From a virus (taxonomy: Duplodnaviria > Caudoviricetes): a DNA stretch of 64,000 nucleotides. Positions within the stretch are counted from its first letter, which is position 1, and the number at the start of each line of letters is the position of its first letter. Shown one piece after another: positions 9,097-19,304 of this stretch. Below the pieces are notes generated by a model, which worked only from the letters and a program-made list of their open reading frames with translations, searched no databases and was not told the DNA's origin. The stretch spans positions 3,904 through 67,903 of the IMG/VR virus record IMGVR_UViG_2537561606_000002. One strand, written 5' to 3'. The translations under genes were made by a program, and so were the position numbers.

Positions 9097-10571
9097 TTAT
9101 GCTCTATCCGTATTCTAACCGTACGGTTTTGAAAAGTGTTCCCAAACGTAAAAGAAATGTTTCCGTTATCATCATAATAAAATGAAATCGGTGAAACCCA
9201 CTTGCCTTGATTATCTGTTACAGTACCGAATACGGAAATGATTTTATTTGCTAAACCCGTAGATAGATTACAATTTCCTAAATTATCAGTCGTTGTCTCA
9301 AAATATGAATTTTGAATACGAGTTCCCGAATTTAAAAACCCTACTCCCAAAAAAACCGTACCCACTTCGGAAATCATCTGGTATACGTTTAAAAGATTAG
9401 ATTCTAAATATAACCTTACCGAGTTGGCGGAAGGTGCGATAGAAATTTCCGTAAAGTTAGGTGAATCGGAAACGATCGTGTTTGTGGTAACTATATTTTC
9501 AGTGGAAGGAATCCCTAAAAAATACCAGCTTTCTTTTTGTTTCGAGAATACGAGTTCATAAGATCCACCGTCTAAATCCAATTGCCAGTCCTCTTCTAAA
9601 TTCTCTATTTTTTTGGAGTTTCTAAGTAAGGTGATAGGATAAGTTCCCGCTTTATTGGATAGATCCAGGATTCCGATTACGATTGCGTCTTTTGGATCGT
9701 TTGGTAAGGATACGTTAAAACTACCACCTGAAACGTCACATAGTACACGTTCATATTTCAAGGCGCTATAGTTTGTAGTTATAACGTTTGAGTTTTTTAA
9801 GGAACCGAAATTATTTTTCCAGCTACCGTCTCCGGATAAAAACTTTTCTGTGTCCGTTGTCAGAGGGGTAGGAACGAGTCCTTTTTTACCGTTTGATTGA
9901 GGGGTTGCACCCCCAAATGTTTCGTCTAATGCAATCGTTCCGGAACTGTCCGGTAGTATATAATCCCTTTTTTGGCTGGAGTTACTTTTTAATACGTTTT
10001 TAATTCTACCTTGATCCGATAATATTTCCAGTTCACTTTCTGAGTTGATTCCAGCATACCCACCCGATTTATTTTTTTCGTTTTTTAATTGGTATTGTGG
10101 ATGATCGTCAAAACTAAGTCCGATCAATTCGGAATGAAGATTCGTTCTAGCTGTTGTTTTTAACCACCTTCCGGGTTGTGAAAAATTTAGGTCTTTCGGA
10201 AGAATCGTTCTTAAAACGTCTATTTCATCCGGAACGGTCGCGTTTGAATCCGAGTCATACTGATACAGTGTAAGTTCTTCTTCTACTTGTCTAATTTGTT
10301 TGTCTTTTCTTTGGTCGGGTGGAATATTTCTAAGTTCCTCTAAATTTTGTACAGGAGTATTCCAATTTGTTAATACTTCTTTTTTTACCCATTCTAAATT
10401 TACCGCATCCCTTCCGTCGATAGGGGATGCGGTTTTTAGATTGGTAAGTCCTGAATTATCGGGAAGTCTTACTTCTATCCCTGTGGATACGGCTTTTAGA
10501 ATCGGTCCTTTTTTACCCAAAAAAACCTCTGAACCGATTCCTTTTAGTAAAAACTGAAATACCGGATTCAA
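9093..10571 (-). CDS. Tail fibre protein
   Basis: DAVNL, DDHPQY, LPDSSGTIAL, KFLSGDGSW and CDVSGGSFNVSLP phage fibre motifs. Confidence 0.7.
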   Translation of the reverse strand: MNPVFQFLLKGIGSEVFLGKKGPILKAVSTGIEVRLPDNSGLTNLKTASPIDGRDAVNLEWVKKEVLTNWNTPVQNLEELRNIPPDQRKDKQIRQVEEELTLYQYDSDSNATVPDEIDVLRTILPKDLNFSQPGRWLKTTARTNLHSELIGLSFDDHPQYQLKNEKNKSGGYAGINSESELEILSDQGRIKNVLKSNSSQKRDYILPDSSGTIALDETFGGATPQSNGKKGLVPTPLTTDTEKFLSGDGSWKNNFGSLKNSNVITTNYSALKYERVLCDVSGGSFNVSLPNDPKDAIVIGILDLSNKAGTYPITLLRNSKKIENLEEDWQLDLDGGSYELVFSKQKESWYFLGIPSTENIVTTNTIVSDSPNFTEISIAPSANSVRLYLESNLLNVYQMISEVGTVFLGVGFLNSGTRIQNSYFETTTDNLGNCNLSTGLANKIISVFGTVTDNQGKWVSPISFYYDDNGNISFTFGNTFQNRTVRIRIEHK

Positions 10572-10957
10572 CCTAGATAAACTTCCACTAAAATTTGATT
10601 CGTATCATAGGGGGTAGCGACTCTTAAAGAATGAATTCCACCGCTCCAGGTGATAAAACCTTGAGGTAAAACGTGGTCTTGATTGGAACCATTCATACGG
10701 ATTACGATCGGAGCTGGGTCGCCTTTTTTAATTCCTATTGATGTGTCGTCGGTTAGATAAGTGGCAAGAATCAAAACATACTTAAACGTAATCCCCGAAG
10801 GAATTGGGATTTGTACTAAGTTATCGATTTGACGGATCGCTTTTGTAAGTTTTTGGGGTTGTTGTACTTGAAATTCGATTTCAAAGTTTTCCAGTTCTCT
10901 TTCGATCGATATCCCGTTTCTCTGAAATAGTTGAAAAAATATTCTATGGATTTCCAT
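10568..10957 (-). CDS. Hypothetical virion protein
   Basis: ORF of 129 aa heading the fibre operon, CCGATA 27 nt upstream. Confidence 0.55.
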   Translation of the reverse strand: MEIHRIFFQLFQRNGISIERELENFEIEFQVQQPQKLTKAIRQIDNLVQIPIPSGITFKYVLILATYLTDDTSIGIKKGDPAPIVIRMNGSNQDHVLPQGFITWSGGIHSLRVATPYDTNQILVEVYLG

Positions 10958-10995
10958 AGAATTTAATTTAACGAATATCTTAAATATCGGTTTAT

Positions 10996-12666
10996 CTATT
11001 TTGTTCTAACAAGCATTCCGTTTCCGGAAGTCAAAGAAACGATTTTAGAAATGGAACTTACTAAAGGTGTAACCAATTCACATAACGTGGCGATACCGTC
11101 CCCGATCGTATTGATCGATCCGGATACGACCGGTATGAGTTTTGATTCTATAGCAGATACCGAACGGGTAAGTCCAAGCATAATGTTTTTATTTTCCTTA
11201 AATATATCGATCATAGCGGTATTTAGTTTGTAACCTACTTCGGCGGCTTCGGCCCCTATATCAGTTGCAAATGTTTCTTTTTTTCTATTTTCTAGTTCTA
11301 ACCCTTTGTTGTAACCTGCATGGATTGAACTCTGATCCCTACCAAAACCTTCGTAACCGAATTTTAAAGAACTCATTTCGCTAAAACTTCCACCTTCCAT
11401 CTTGTGAATGAGTCCTCTTGTATTGGGGTCTAGTCCGGATAAAGCAAGAGACATGTATTTTCCTGGATTAAGCTCGGAATCTCGAATTGATTTTAATAGA
11501 TCTCCCCCGTTTGCTTTTAGTGCTTCACTCATGGAAAGTGAACCGAAAATTCCACCTCCAAAAGCACCAATCCTCCCTTTCGATGAAAGTTCCTCCGCTA
11601 AATTCATTCTACGTAAGGGGTCCATGTTTATGGAGTCCGTTCTATTGATACCGGCTGAAAATCTTGAATAATCGGAAATATCCCCTGAAAATCCTTTATT
11701 TCTTAGATTCTCTGCAATGGATGCAAGTTTTGTAATATATTCAGATTGTCTAAGTCCGTTAAACCCCGAAGCGTTCGCGCCACCCCTTAAATATCCTAAA
11801 TCTGCATTTTTAGAATCTTTACGGATCGTTTCTAATTCTTTTACCACTTCCCCAATCCCTTTTCCTTGAGAAGCCGCAAACCGAAGTATATTCGATTCCA
11901 GTAAATTTCCTTTTTTAAATATATCTTCACCTGTGATTCTACCTTTGATTACGTTTGCTTGTGCCAGTTCGGAATTGGAAAAATAACCTCCTCCCCCGCC
12001 AACATACCCGCCTGTCGCACCGATTGTCTGACTCTGTGACTGCATGGCGCTATGATACTGTTCACCGATAGAAGAAATTGTTTTTAATACTCCACCCGCA
12101 ACCGCAAACGCGGCCCCTATATAAGGTAAAGCCGCGCTAAGCCTGGAATACGTGTCACTTTTTACCTCTTCCCCTCCAGGTGGTTCTTTTCCACCCCCTC
12201 CACCTGGAAAGTTACCCGTGTGAATCGTTGCGTTTTGAATTTTTATTTCTGATTTTTGGATTTGGAATTGTTTGGTTGAATCTTTTTTGATTAGAGAGTC
12301 CGAGCTTTCACTCTCTTCGTCTTCTTTCTTTTTCTTTTTTTTATCCAGTAGATCCTTAGCGGCTGAAATCTTTTTATCTATTGTATTAAAAAAACCACCG
12401 TGCCCCGTTTCGTCAAGGTCCGATCCGTCCGTACCTACTTTTGTGGTATATGCACTACCACCAGCGTATTTAGATGCGGGTTCAAACTTATATTTTTTTC
12501 TATTTTTTTTAGTCTTTTTAGATTCACCTTCATTTTTGTCGTCTTCGTCTTTTCCAAAAAATGAGAATAGTTTTTTGGCTTTTTTGGATATTCGTGAAAA
12601 TTCCTTTTCTACGTTTTTAAAATCAGGTCTTGCGTGTACTGTGATTTCTAAAGATTCTAAACTCAA
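10996..12666 (-). CDS. Tail tape measure protein
   Basis: Follows the tail chaperone; helical, Gly/Ala-rich, with hydrophobic segments; 556 aa. Confidence 0.7.
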   Translation of the reverse strand: MSLESLEITVHARPDFKNVEKEFSRISKKAKKLFSFFGKDEDDKNEGESKKTKKNRKKYKFEPASKYAGGSAYTTKVGTDGSDLDETGHGGFFNTIDKKISAAKDLLDKKKKKKEDEESESSDSLIKKDSTKQFQIQKSEIKIQNATIHTGNFPGGGGGKEPPGGEEVKSDTYSRLSAALPYIGAAFAVAGGVLKTISSIGEQYHSAMQSQSQTIGATGGYVGGGGGYFSNSELAQANVIKGRITGEDIFKKGNLLESNILRFAASQGKGIGEVVKELETIRKDSKNADLGYLRGGANASGFNGLRQSEYITKLASIAENLRNKGFSGDISDYSRFSAGINRTDSINMDPLRRMNLAEELSSKGRIGAFGGGIFGSLSMSEALKANGGDLLKSIRDSELNPGKYMSLALSGLDPNTRGLIHKMEGGSFSEMSSLKFGYEGFGRDQSSIHAGYNKGLELENRKKETFATDIGAEAAEVGYKLNTAMIDIFKENKNIMLGLTRSVSAIESKLIPVVSGSINTIGDGIATLCELVTPLVSSISKIVSLTSGNGMLVRTK

Positions 12667-13031
12667 AGATCCAACTCTCTATTAATTTTTTCTAATATCT
12701 CTTTTCTTTTTTGTTCCCCTTGTAATTTAATCATTTCTTTTGTATACCCTCCCTCTTCTTCCAGGATAGACGATAGATTCGGGCTTATACTCTCTAGGAA
12801 CTCTTCGGGTTTCATTTTCTCCAGTTGATTTTTCTGGGATTTTAGTTTTATCTTGTATTGTAGGTTCTGAAAGTCTATCCTCGACATTGCTTCCAGAATG
12901 AATTGTTTCTGTGGGGTAAATAGATTCCCCAGATGTGTCACTCCTCTCGGTAGAATGTGAAACTCTTTCATCAGATAGAGGTCTAAAAGATTCTTTTCGT
13001 CCGATAGTGATTCTATCGTCCCTATTTTTTT
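12663..13031 (-). CDS. Tail assembly chaperone second ORF (lambda T-like), reached by frameshift
   Basis: Frame is open from 13031, just after a TAA at the A9 run, reading KKIGTIESLSDEKNLLDLYLMKEFHILP...; sits immediately before the tape measure gene. Confidence 0.65.
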   Translation of the reverse strand, partial: KKIGTIESLSDEKNLLDLYLMKEFHILPRGVTHLGNLFTPQKQFILEAMSRIDFQNLQYKIKLKSQKNQLEKMKPEEFLESISPNLSSILEEEGGYTKEMIKLQGEQKRKEILEKINRELDL

Positions 13032-13365
13032 TTAACTCATTTAGAAATGAGTCCTCTTTTTTTTTGTATTCTTTAAAGAGTTTTAGAACAAACTCTTTAT
13101 CCCGTATCTTTTCAAACGATTCTATCTCTACAGGGAATTCTTCCGGTATTTTTCTGATTACGTGATTGAGTGTGATAATTGCATATATATAACCATAGGT
13201 TGTATTCGGTATCGATTCTAGAGATGCTCCACCCAGTCTTTTGGCTACGGCTATGTCTATATCCAGTTCGGTGCTCGGATCGGCTATGTCTGATTCAAAT
13301 GTGTAATTTTTCCCCTCATACTTTACGTTTAAAAGGACTCTACTATTCGGTTCTAATATTCTCAT
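12727..13365 (-). CDS. Tail assembly chaperone (lambda G-like)
   Basis: Between tube and tape measure; contains ELKKN on TTA AAA AAA AAT. Confidence 0.7.
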   Translation of the reverse strand: MRILEPNSRVLLNVKYEGKNYTFESDIADPSTELDIDIAVAKRLGGASLESIPNTTYGYIYAIITLNHVIRKIPEEFPVEIESFEKIRDKEFVLKLFKEYKKKEDSFLNELKKNRDDRITIGRKESFRPLSDERVSHSTERSDTSGESIYPTETIHSGSNVEDRLSEPTIQDKTKIPEKSTGENETRRVPREYKPESIVYPGRRGRVYKRND

Positions 13366-13490
13366 ATATGAGAATAATCTAATAAATTTTAATATCGGAA
13401 GAGTAATTATTTTAAACTAAACAAAATATAGGGACCGGGATTTAAAATTATTTGGGATTTAGAAGTGAGAAAAAATTCTAACTTTTGTCA

Positions 13491-13519
13491 TTGACATTAC
13501 TCACTACTACGACGATAAT
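13491..13519 (+). promoter_or_regulatory. Sigma70-type promoter for NYN moron
   Basis: TTGACA (13491-13496), 17-nt spacer, GATAAT (13514-13519). Confidence 0.75.
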
Positions 13520-13525
13520 GATATT

Positions 13526-13590
13526 ATATCACCCCTATGGTAATGCGTAGGGCGCGGGGCTATCTCGTAAGAGGTAGCCCTTGCTTTATT
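13526..13590 (+). ncRNA. Candidate structured leader RNA (two hairpins) upstream of NYN gene
   Basis: CCCTA/TAGGG stem (13533-13552) and GGGCTATCTC-GTAA-GAGGTAGCCC stem with GNRA loop (13557-13580), followed by TTGCTTTATT. Confidence 0.5.
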
Positions 13591-14223
13591 ATGACTCCTA
13601 AGCGAACTTTTGTCTACATCGACGGATTTAACTTTTATTACGGTAAAGTTAAAAGTACAAAATATAAATGGGTAGACTTTGGAAAACTTTGCACTTTTCT
13701 TCTTCCTAAAGAAAAAAATAACATTATAAAAATTAAATATTATACTGCTATGGTTAAACCTAGGCAAAATGATCCTGGACAGTTACGACGCCAACAAGTC
13801 TATATTAAAGCATTAAGAACAATCCCAAATTTCGATATTTATTTCGGACATTTTCTATCTCATCCAATCAAAATGATGCGTTCCGATGGAAAAGGTTTTG
13901 TAGAAGTTATAAAAACGGAAGAGAAAGGATCGGACGTAAACTTAGCCTCACACATGATTTTTGACGGTTGTAAAAATGAATATGATACCGCTGTAATTAT
14001 TTCAGGAGACTCAGATCTTTTAGAACCGGTTAGAATTATAAGAAACGATTTAAAAAAGTCTGTTGGTTATTTAAATCCGCAAAATAATCCTAGTAAAGTT
14101 CTTTTACAGAACTGTGATTTTATGAAATCCATTCGATTTAATACAGTTATAAACTCACAGTTCCCGGACACGGTTATAGACAAGGATGGAAACCAAATTA
14201 CCAAACCACTTGAATGGCATTAA
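13591..14223 (+). CDS. NYN domain (LabA/DUF88, PIN-like) RNase
   Basis: YIDGFNFYY, EEKGSDVNLA and ISGDSDL acidic PIN motifs. The likely start is ATG 13591 rather than 13537, which lies inside the leader hairpin. Confidence 0.9.
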   Translation: MTPKRTFVYIDGFNFYYGKVKSTKYKWVDFGKLCTFLLPKEKNNIIKIKYYTAMVKPRQNDPGQLRRQQVYIKALRTIPNFDIYFGHFLSHPIKMMRSDGKGFVEVIKTEEKGSDVNLASHMIFDGCKNEYDTAVIISGDSDLLEPVRIIRNDLKKSVGYLNPQNNPSKVLLQNCDFMKSIRFNTVINSQFPDTVIDKDGNQITKPLEWH

Positions 14224-14235
14224 TATTTCATATTT

Positions 14236-14667
14236 CTAATTAAATGCTTCCATCGGTTCCCAGTCCACGAGTTCGAATTCGATTTCTCTTCCGCTCATTT
14301 CGTTATTTAAGATACTAAATCCTTCCGTGTTGACTCCACCCGTAAGCATACCCACCCTTTTACCGCTTCTTTTTTCTATGATGAGAATGTCATAGAAATC
14401 GTCCGCATGTTCGTCGTTATACGTATCTATTTTGACTACACCTTCTACGGGAATCGTCAAAATATGAAACTCACCCGATGCGGTTCCTTGCCAATCGAGA
14501 CTTTTTAAACCCTTCGGTTTTCTTGTTCCTAAAGCCTGTATCCTTCCTTGGTTGTTATTGATACTGACTCGAATCGATTTCATAAAACCGACTGTAAGAC
14601 CGTTGATTTTAACGATTGCGTCATTTCCGGTTAAAACTTTAGGATTGGGTTTTGAACTTTTAGCCAT
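14236..14667 (-). CDS. Tail tube protein
   Basis: Directly after the sheath; 143 aa; VLTGNDAIVKING..VG pattern. Confidence 0.8.
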   Translation of the reverse strand: MAKSSKPNPKVLTGNDAIVKINGLTVGFMKSIRVSINNNQGRIQALGTRKPKGLKSLDWQGTASGEFHILTIPVEGVVKIDTYNDEHADDFYDILIIEKRSGKRVGMLTGGVNTEGFSILNNEMSGREIEFELVDWEPMEAFN

Positions 14668-14670
14668 ATT

Positions 14671-16476
14671 CTAAACCTCACTTCTAGCGCCACGTACGAC
14701 GTCTAAATTCAGTAGGAAGAACATATAGTTGATCGGAGTTACAATCTTACCGTCTGGGAATATAAAATAGATAACGTCACCGTCCCGACGTATCTCAAAA
14801 TTCTCATCAAAGGCGTCTTCACCCGTATATATATTACGAGTCAACCAACCGTATTGCCTGATATACACATTACGAATCCTTTGTATTACAGCCGTTCGTA
14901 TATCCGCATCGGTCAGACTTGTCCCGAGAGCTTCCGGATCTGTAGGTATTTCCCCCGTAAAGGTTACGTTTAACCATTCTCTTAAATCCTTTACCAAAGC
15001 CAAAGCGGTGCATACGGTCGAAGCTTGGTTTCTAATCAGGTTTTGGGACTGATAGGTTGTGAGTGCGAACTCTATCTTAAAAGGACCGGCATTCGGTTTT
15101 TTTGTGATTACAAGACCTCCCGCGCGTAATACGTTTTTAATCTGAGTTTTTGTTAAAATTTCGGGGGCATCCACTATATTCAAATCCTTGAATGTAGCAG
15201 TTTCCCTTACGTTCGAGGAAGCTTTAATTGCGTTGTGTAAGACCGCGATCATCCAACCCGGATAAGTTCTTAAATTGATTCGATCTGCTTTGTATCTGAT
15301 AAGTGGTGAAAACCCGGCCACCATATATTCCGAGTTTAAAGACTTTATATCTTCTATTCTTTCATCAATCGACTTTTCAAGGTCAAGTCCTGCTCCTCCG
15401 AACCTTTCATCCGATCCTTCGGCTGAATTTCCGTTTGCGAGTTTATCCGCTAAATAAAGTCTTACCGGTTCAAGAGATGTACATACGTTTATATAAAATC
15501 CTTTGACTGCTTCCGTATCAAATACAGTATCAATCGCATCCAGATAACTTTTAGTGGTAGCGGCTCCTGTGACTCCACCCGACAAATACACAAATCCGGA
15601 AAGATCAGAAAGTGGTTTTTTATCTTGGGATATGATTTCTAAAAGTCCGCTTGAATTAAAAAATGATTCTTGTCTAAAGAGTAAGGACTTTAAAGTTTGA
15701 GGTATTGACTTTACGTCTAAGTTTTCCGTTAATTGTATATGATCGAGTGTGTTAGTTTTTCGATCGGGTTGGGAAAGTAATACGGCCGTATACCCGACCT
15801 GACTGGAAATATAGGATACTAACTCAGAAAGTGTCTCATAACTTTTTATATCGACTACTAAATCCTTACTTAGGTCCGTCGATGCCGTGCCAGATAATGT
15901 CACTCTTAAAGTAATGCCATCAAAACTCAATATAGCGTTTGAAGCGTTTCCTATGTATTGGATTCTAAGGTCGTTTGCCTCAAGGGTTTGAGAAGTTAAA
16001 ATGCTTTCGTTGTCGGCGACTTGTAGTATGGTTCCGTTATTTGAGACCCTAAACCGTAGCTGATTCCCTTTAGGCCCCGGGGTTATCGCTTTTACAGTAT
16101 TCGTTATTCCTAATGTAGTTGCAAAAACTAAAGCGCTTGCGGACTTATTTTGTGAAACGTTGAGTGCTTTGATCGTTTGTGGACCGTTTGCAAACCTGGA
16201 GTCTTTCGAGGGAGAGAACGCACAAACTACCGCATCTGCTAAATCCCCCGATCCTAGGATTTGTCTTGCTTCGTCTGGTCCTCCAAACTCCAATACCCTC
16301 TTCGTGAGTGGTAGTGATGGATCGTTTGTATAGGGTCCGTTATCGCTAGGTCCTATGAGTATTAGAGTATTAAAATCGGGTGATATTCCCGCACTTTGTG
16401 GTTTGGTACGAAAAGCGCCACGAGAACCGGGCTGGATGTATCCACGTCCTAAAAATTCTACTTCACGCGTTCCCAC
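14671..16476 (-). CDS. Contractile tail sheath protein
   Basis: 601 aa; LILIGPSDNGP, GSGDLADAV and C-terminal PINYMFF motifs; N-terminus resembles Twort-like sheaths. Confidence 0.9.
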   Translation of the reverse strand: MGTREVEFLGRGYIQPGSRGAFRTKPQSAGISPDFNTLILIGPSDNGPYTNDPSLPLTKRVLEFGGPDEARQILGSGDLADAVVCAFSPSKDSRFANGPQTIKALNVSQNKSASALVFATTLGITNTVKAITPGPKGNQLRFRVSNNGTILQVADNESILTSQTLEANDLRIQYIGNASNAILSFDGITLRVTLSGTASTDLSKDLVVDIKSYETLSELVSYISSQVGYTAVLLSQPDRKTNTLDHIQLTENLDVKSIPQTLKSLLFRQESFFNSSGLLEIISQDKKPLSDLSGFVYLSGGVTGAATTKSYLDAIDTVFDTEAVKGFYINVCTSLEPVRLYLADKLANGNSAEGSDERFGGAGLDLEKSIDERIEDIKSLNSEYMVAGFSPLIRYKADRINLRTYPGWMIAVLHNAIKASSNVRETATFKDLNIVDAPEILTKTQIKNVLRAGGLVITKKPNAGPFKIEFALTTYQSQNLIRNQASTVCTALALVKDLREWLNVTFTGEIPTDPEALGTSLTDADIRTAVIQRIRNVYIRQYGWLTRNIYTGEDAFDENFEIRRDGDVIYFIFPDGKIVTPINYMFFLLNLDVVRGARSEV

Positions 16477-16672
16477 TTACGGCCTCCCAAACCGCTTCAA
16501 AGGAAGCGTTTGAGATTGCCTTTAGTTCTCTTTTAAAGTAATTCCGAAATCGGGGAGAGATGATTTTTCCTAATTCTTTTTCTTTTCTGGAAAGAAACTC
16601 ATCCGGAGTTTCTTTTTTATTCGAGTTGTTTTTTGATTCCTTCTCCTTACCTTTACTTTGTTCTGTCTCCAT
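16463..16672 (-). CDS. Small hypothetical protein preceding sheath
   Basis: ORF of 69 aa overlapping the sheath start. Confidence 0.6.
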   Translation of the reverse strand: METEQSKGKEKESKNNSNKKETPDEFLSRKEKELGKIISPRFRNYFKRELKAISNASFEAVWEAVSGNA

Positions 16673-16687
16673 TCTTTATGACCTTTT

Positions 16688-17449
16688 TTAAGAGCTTAAG
16701 TTTTTAAACTGACTTCTGCTTTTTGACAAATATAGGTCGAATTCCTTTGTATCGGGAAAAAGGAATTTAGGTTTTGTCCTAAAGATCGATTTTGTTTGTA
16801 CGATTTTAACTTTGATTTCAAAACCCCAAAAAGGTTCGGCAAAATCGTTTGTTGTTAAGTTAGATTCTGTATCTTCGGGTAAAAATACGGTTACACCCGG
16901 ATGCAGGACAGGTAAGTCGTTTGTCATGAGCAGGGTTAAAGCTAACGAAGAGTCGTATATAAACTTATTTGAATTTCTTCCGCTTGCACCCGATGAAAAT
17001 CCGGTGATAATTACATCGGATTCGCAGTTAAACTGAAACTGTTGAAAGTATTTGTTACGTGAGAATTCGTCTAAAAAGGATTTTGTGGGTAGTCTTCTAG
17101 ATTCTGGGGTTTGTGAAATTTCGGTAAGGTAGTTTATAAACTGTGCTGAGTTTTTGAAGTGGTGTTCGCTCAGTCCTAAAACTTGAGTGTGTCTTTCAGT
17201 TGCGCATTCAATTCCGATTTTTGGAAATTTAGTGTTTGGTCCTTTATTTGATATTCCTTCCTGGAATAATGGATGACCGTGAATTACCGGTACATTTAAA
17301 TTTCTTTCTTCAAGTCCTGTTAAGGAAATAAAATTCCTAAAATAGTCTACGACAACGTCTTCCGGGGGTGCGGGGTATGTTATAAAAACGGCTCCTTTAT
17401 CTTGGCCGCCCTGTCTTCTGACTTCTTCTTCCTTTAAACTGAAATCCAT
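16688..17449 (-). CDS. Tail terminator/completion protein
   Basis: Position before the sheath; KFPKIGIE motif. Confidence 0.55.
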   Translation of the reverse strand: MDFSLKEEEVRRQGGQDKGAVFITYPAPPEDVVVDYFRNFISLTGLEERNLNVPVIHGHPLFQEGISNKGPNTKFPKIGIECATERHTQVLGLSEHHFKNSAQFINYLTEISQTPESRRLPTKSFLDEFSRNKYFQQFQFNCESDVIITGFSSGASGRNSNKFIYDSSLALTLLMTNDLPVLHPGVTVFLPEDTESNLTTNDFAEPFWGFEIKVKIVQTKSIFRTKPKFLFPDTKEFDLYLSKSRSQFKNLSS

Positions 17450-17539
17450 TTAAAGGGAAGCTTATTTTATTTTTAAATTATCGGTTTTTAAAATTTGGAA
17501 TAGAGTAAATCTATGTTTAGATTTTTAGAAGGAAGAAAG

Positions 17540-18466
<927 letters not shown>

Positions 18467-18507
18467 GGTATTTTAAATAAATGAACATAATCTCTATTTG
18501 TAAAGGT

Positions 18508-19248
18508 TCATTTTCTTTTTTTACTGAGTAGTTCTTTGATTAAATCCTTAGTATCCAAGGCGACCGCTTTTTTTAACTGTTTGGATTTGAGTGCTTTTTT
18601 AACGTCCTCTTTCACTCCGCTAAATACCTTTTGCGCAGGAATGGCCGCTTGAAAAAAATCTCTGCTGCGTTCGTTGACTACTACAAATTTTACAAGAGAC
18701 CTCTGAACGTTTCCATTTTTGTATCTTTGTTCTCGTGCAAATACATCTCCTTGTCCTGTCATACCAGGGTCTTGTCTGTACTTGTATTTGTTTCTTGTGA
18801 CTAGTTGACCATGTGCGTTTTCTTCCTTAAAACTTCCTGTCTTTATAATGACTGAATTGATCGTATTTTTTTTAAAAGACAGAGGTGTTCCATCCTCGTT
18901 TTTTGTGATTGGAACGATTACATAGGGTCCATTTTTTCCCATACGTGCCCGACTCCCTCCCAGTAAAGATGGCCTCATGTCATACCTAGGTCTCCCCTTT
19001 TCAATCACAGCCATATAGTTATATTTTCCCTTGTTTGGGTGAAAAACTCGGTAACCTCCCGGAATTTCCTGGATTAAAATCCCACCTCCCCCACCCGACT
19101 TATTTGACATAGCCATTCTACCCCACCAAGATGGTTTTGCGGATAATACGTTATGTGTCCATGATTCCTTAGCGGCTAAGGCTATCGTACTCAGTATTTT
19201 TTGAGTTCTTGGAAATTTACCTTGTTTGTAAAGAGTTTCGTAATTCAT
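18508..19248 (-). CDS. Neck/tail completion protein (SPO1/Twort-like)
   Basis: IEKGRPRYDMR..LL...GPYVIVPI motif; lies after the capsid gene. Confidence 0.55.
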   Translation of the reverse strand: MNYETLYKQGKFPRTQKILSTIALAAKESWTHNVLSAKPSWWGRMAMSNKSGGGGGILIQEIPGGYRVFHPNKGKYNYMAVIEKGRPRYDMRPSLLGGSRARMGKNGPYVIVPITKNEDGTPLSFKKNTINSVIIKTGSFKEENAHGQLVTRNKYKYRQDPGMTGQGDVFAREQRYKNGNVQRSLVKFVVVNERSRDFFQAAIPAQKVFSGVKEDVKKALKSKQLKKAVALDTKDLIKELLSKKRK

Positions 19249-19273
19249 AAAAAAGGGGTATTACCACCCCTTT
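19249..19273 (-). terminator. Rho-independent terminator after major capsid gene
   Basis: Minus strand AAAGGGGTG-GTAA-TACCCCTTTTTT. Confidence 0.7.
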
Positions 19274-19304
19274 AAAAGAAGGATACTGATCGTGGAATCA
19301 ATTG

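Noticed and set aside
13533..13556. H-type pseudoknot in the NYN leader (loop TGCG with CGCG)
   Set aside because: Zero-length connecting loop is sterically implausible and it competes with the second hairpin.
13537..13590. N-terminal extension MVMRRARGYLVRGSPCFI of the NYN ORF
   Set aside because: Runs through the hairpin leader; the PIN domain begins right after ATG 13591.
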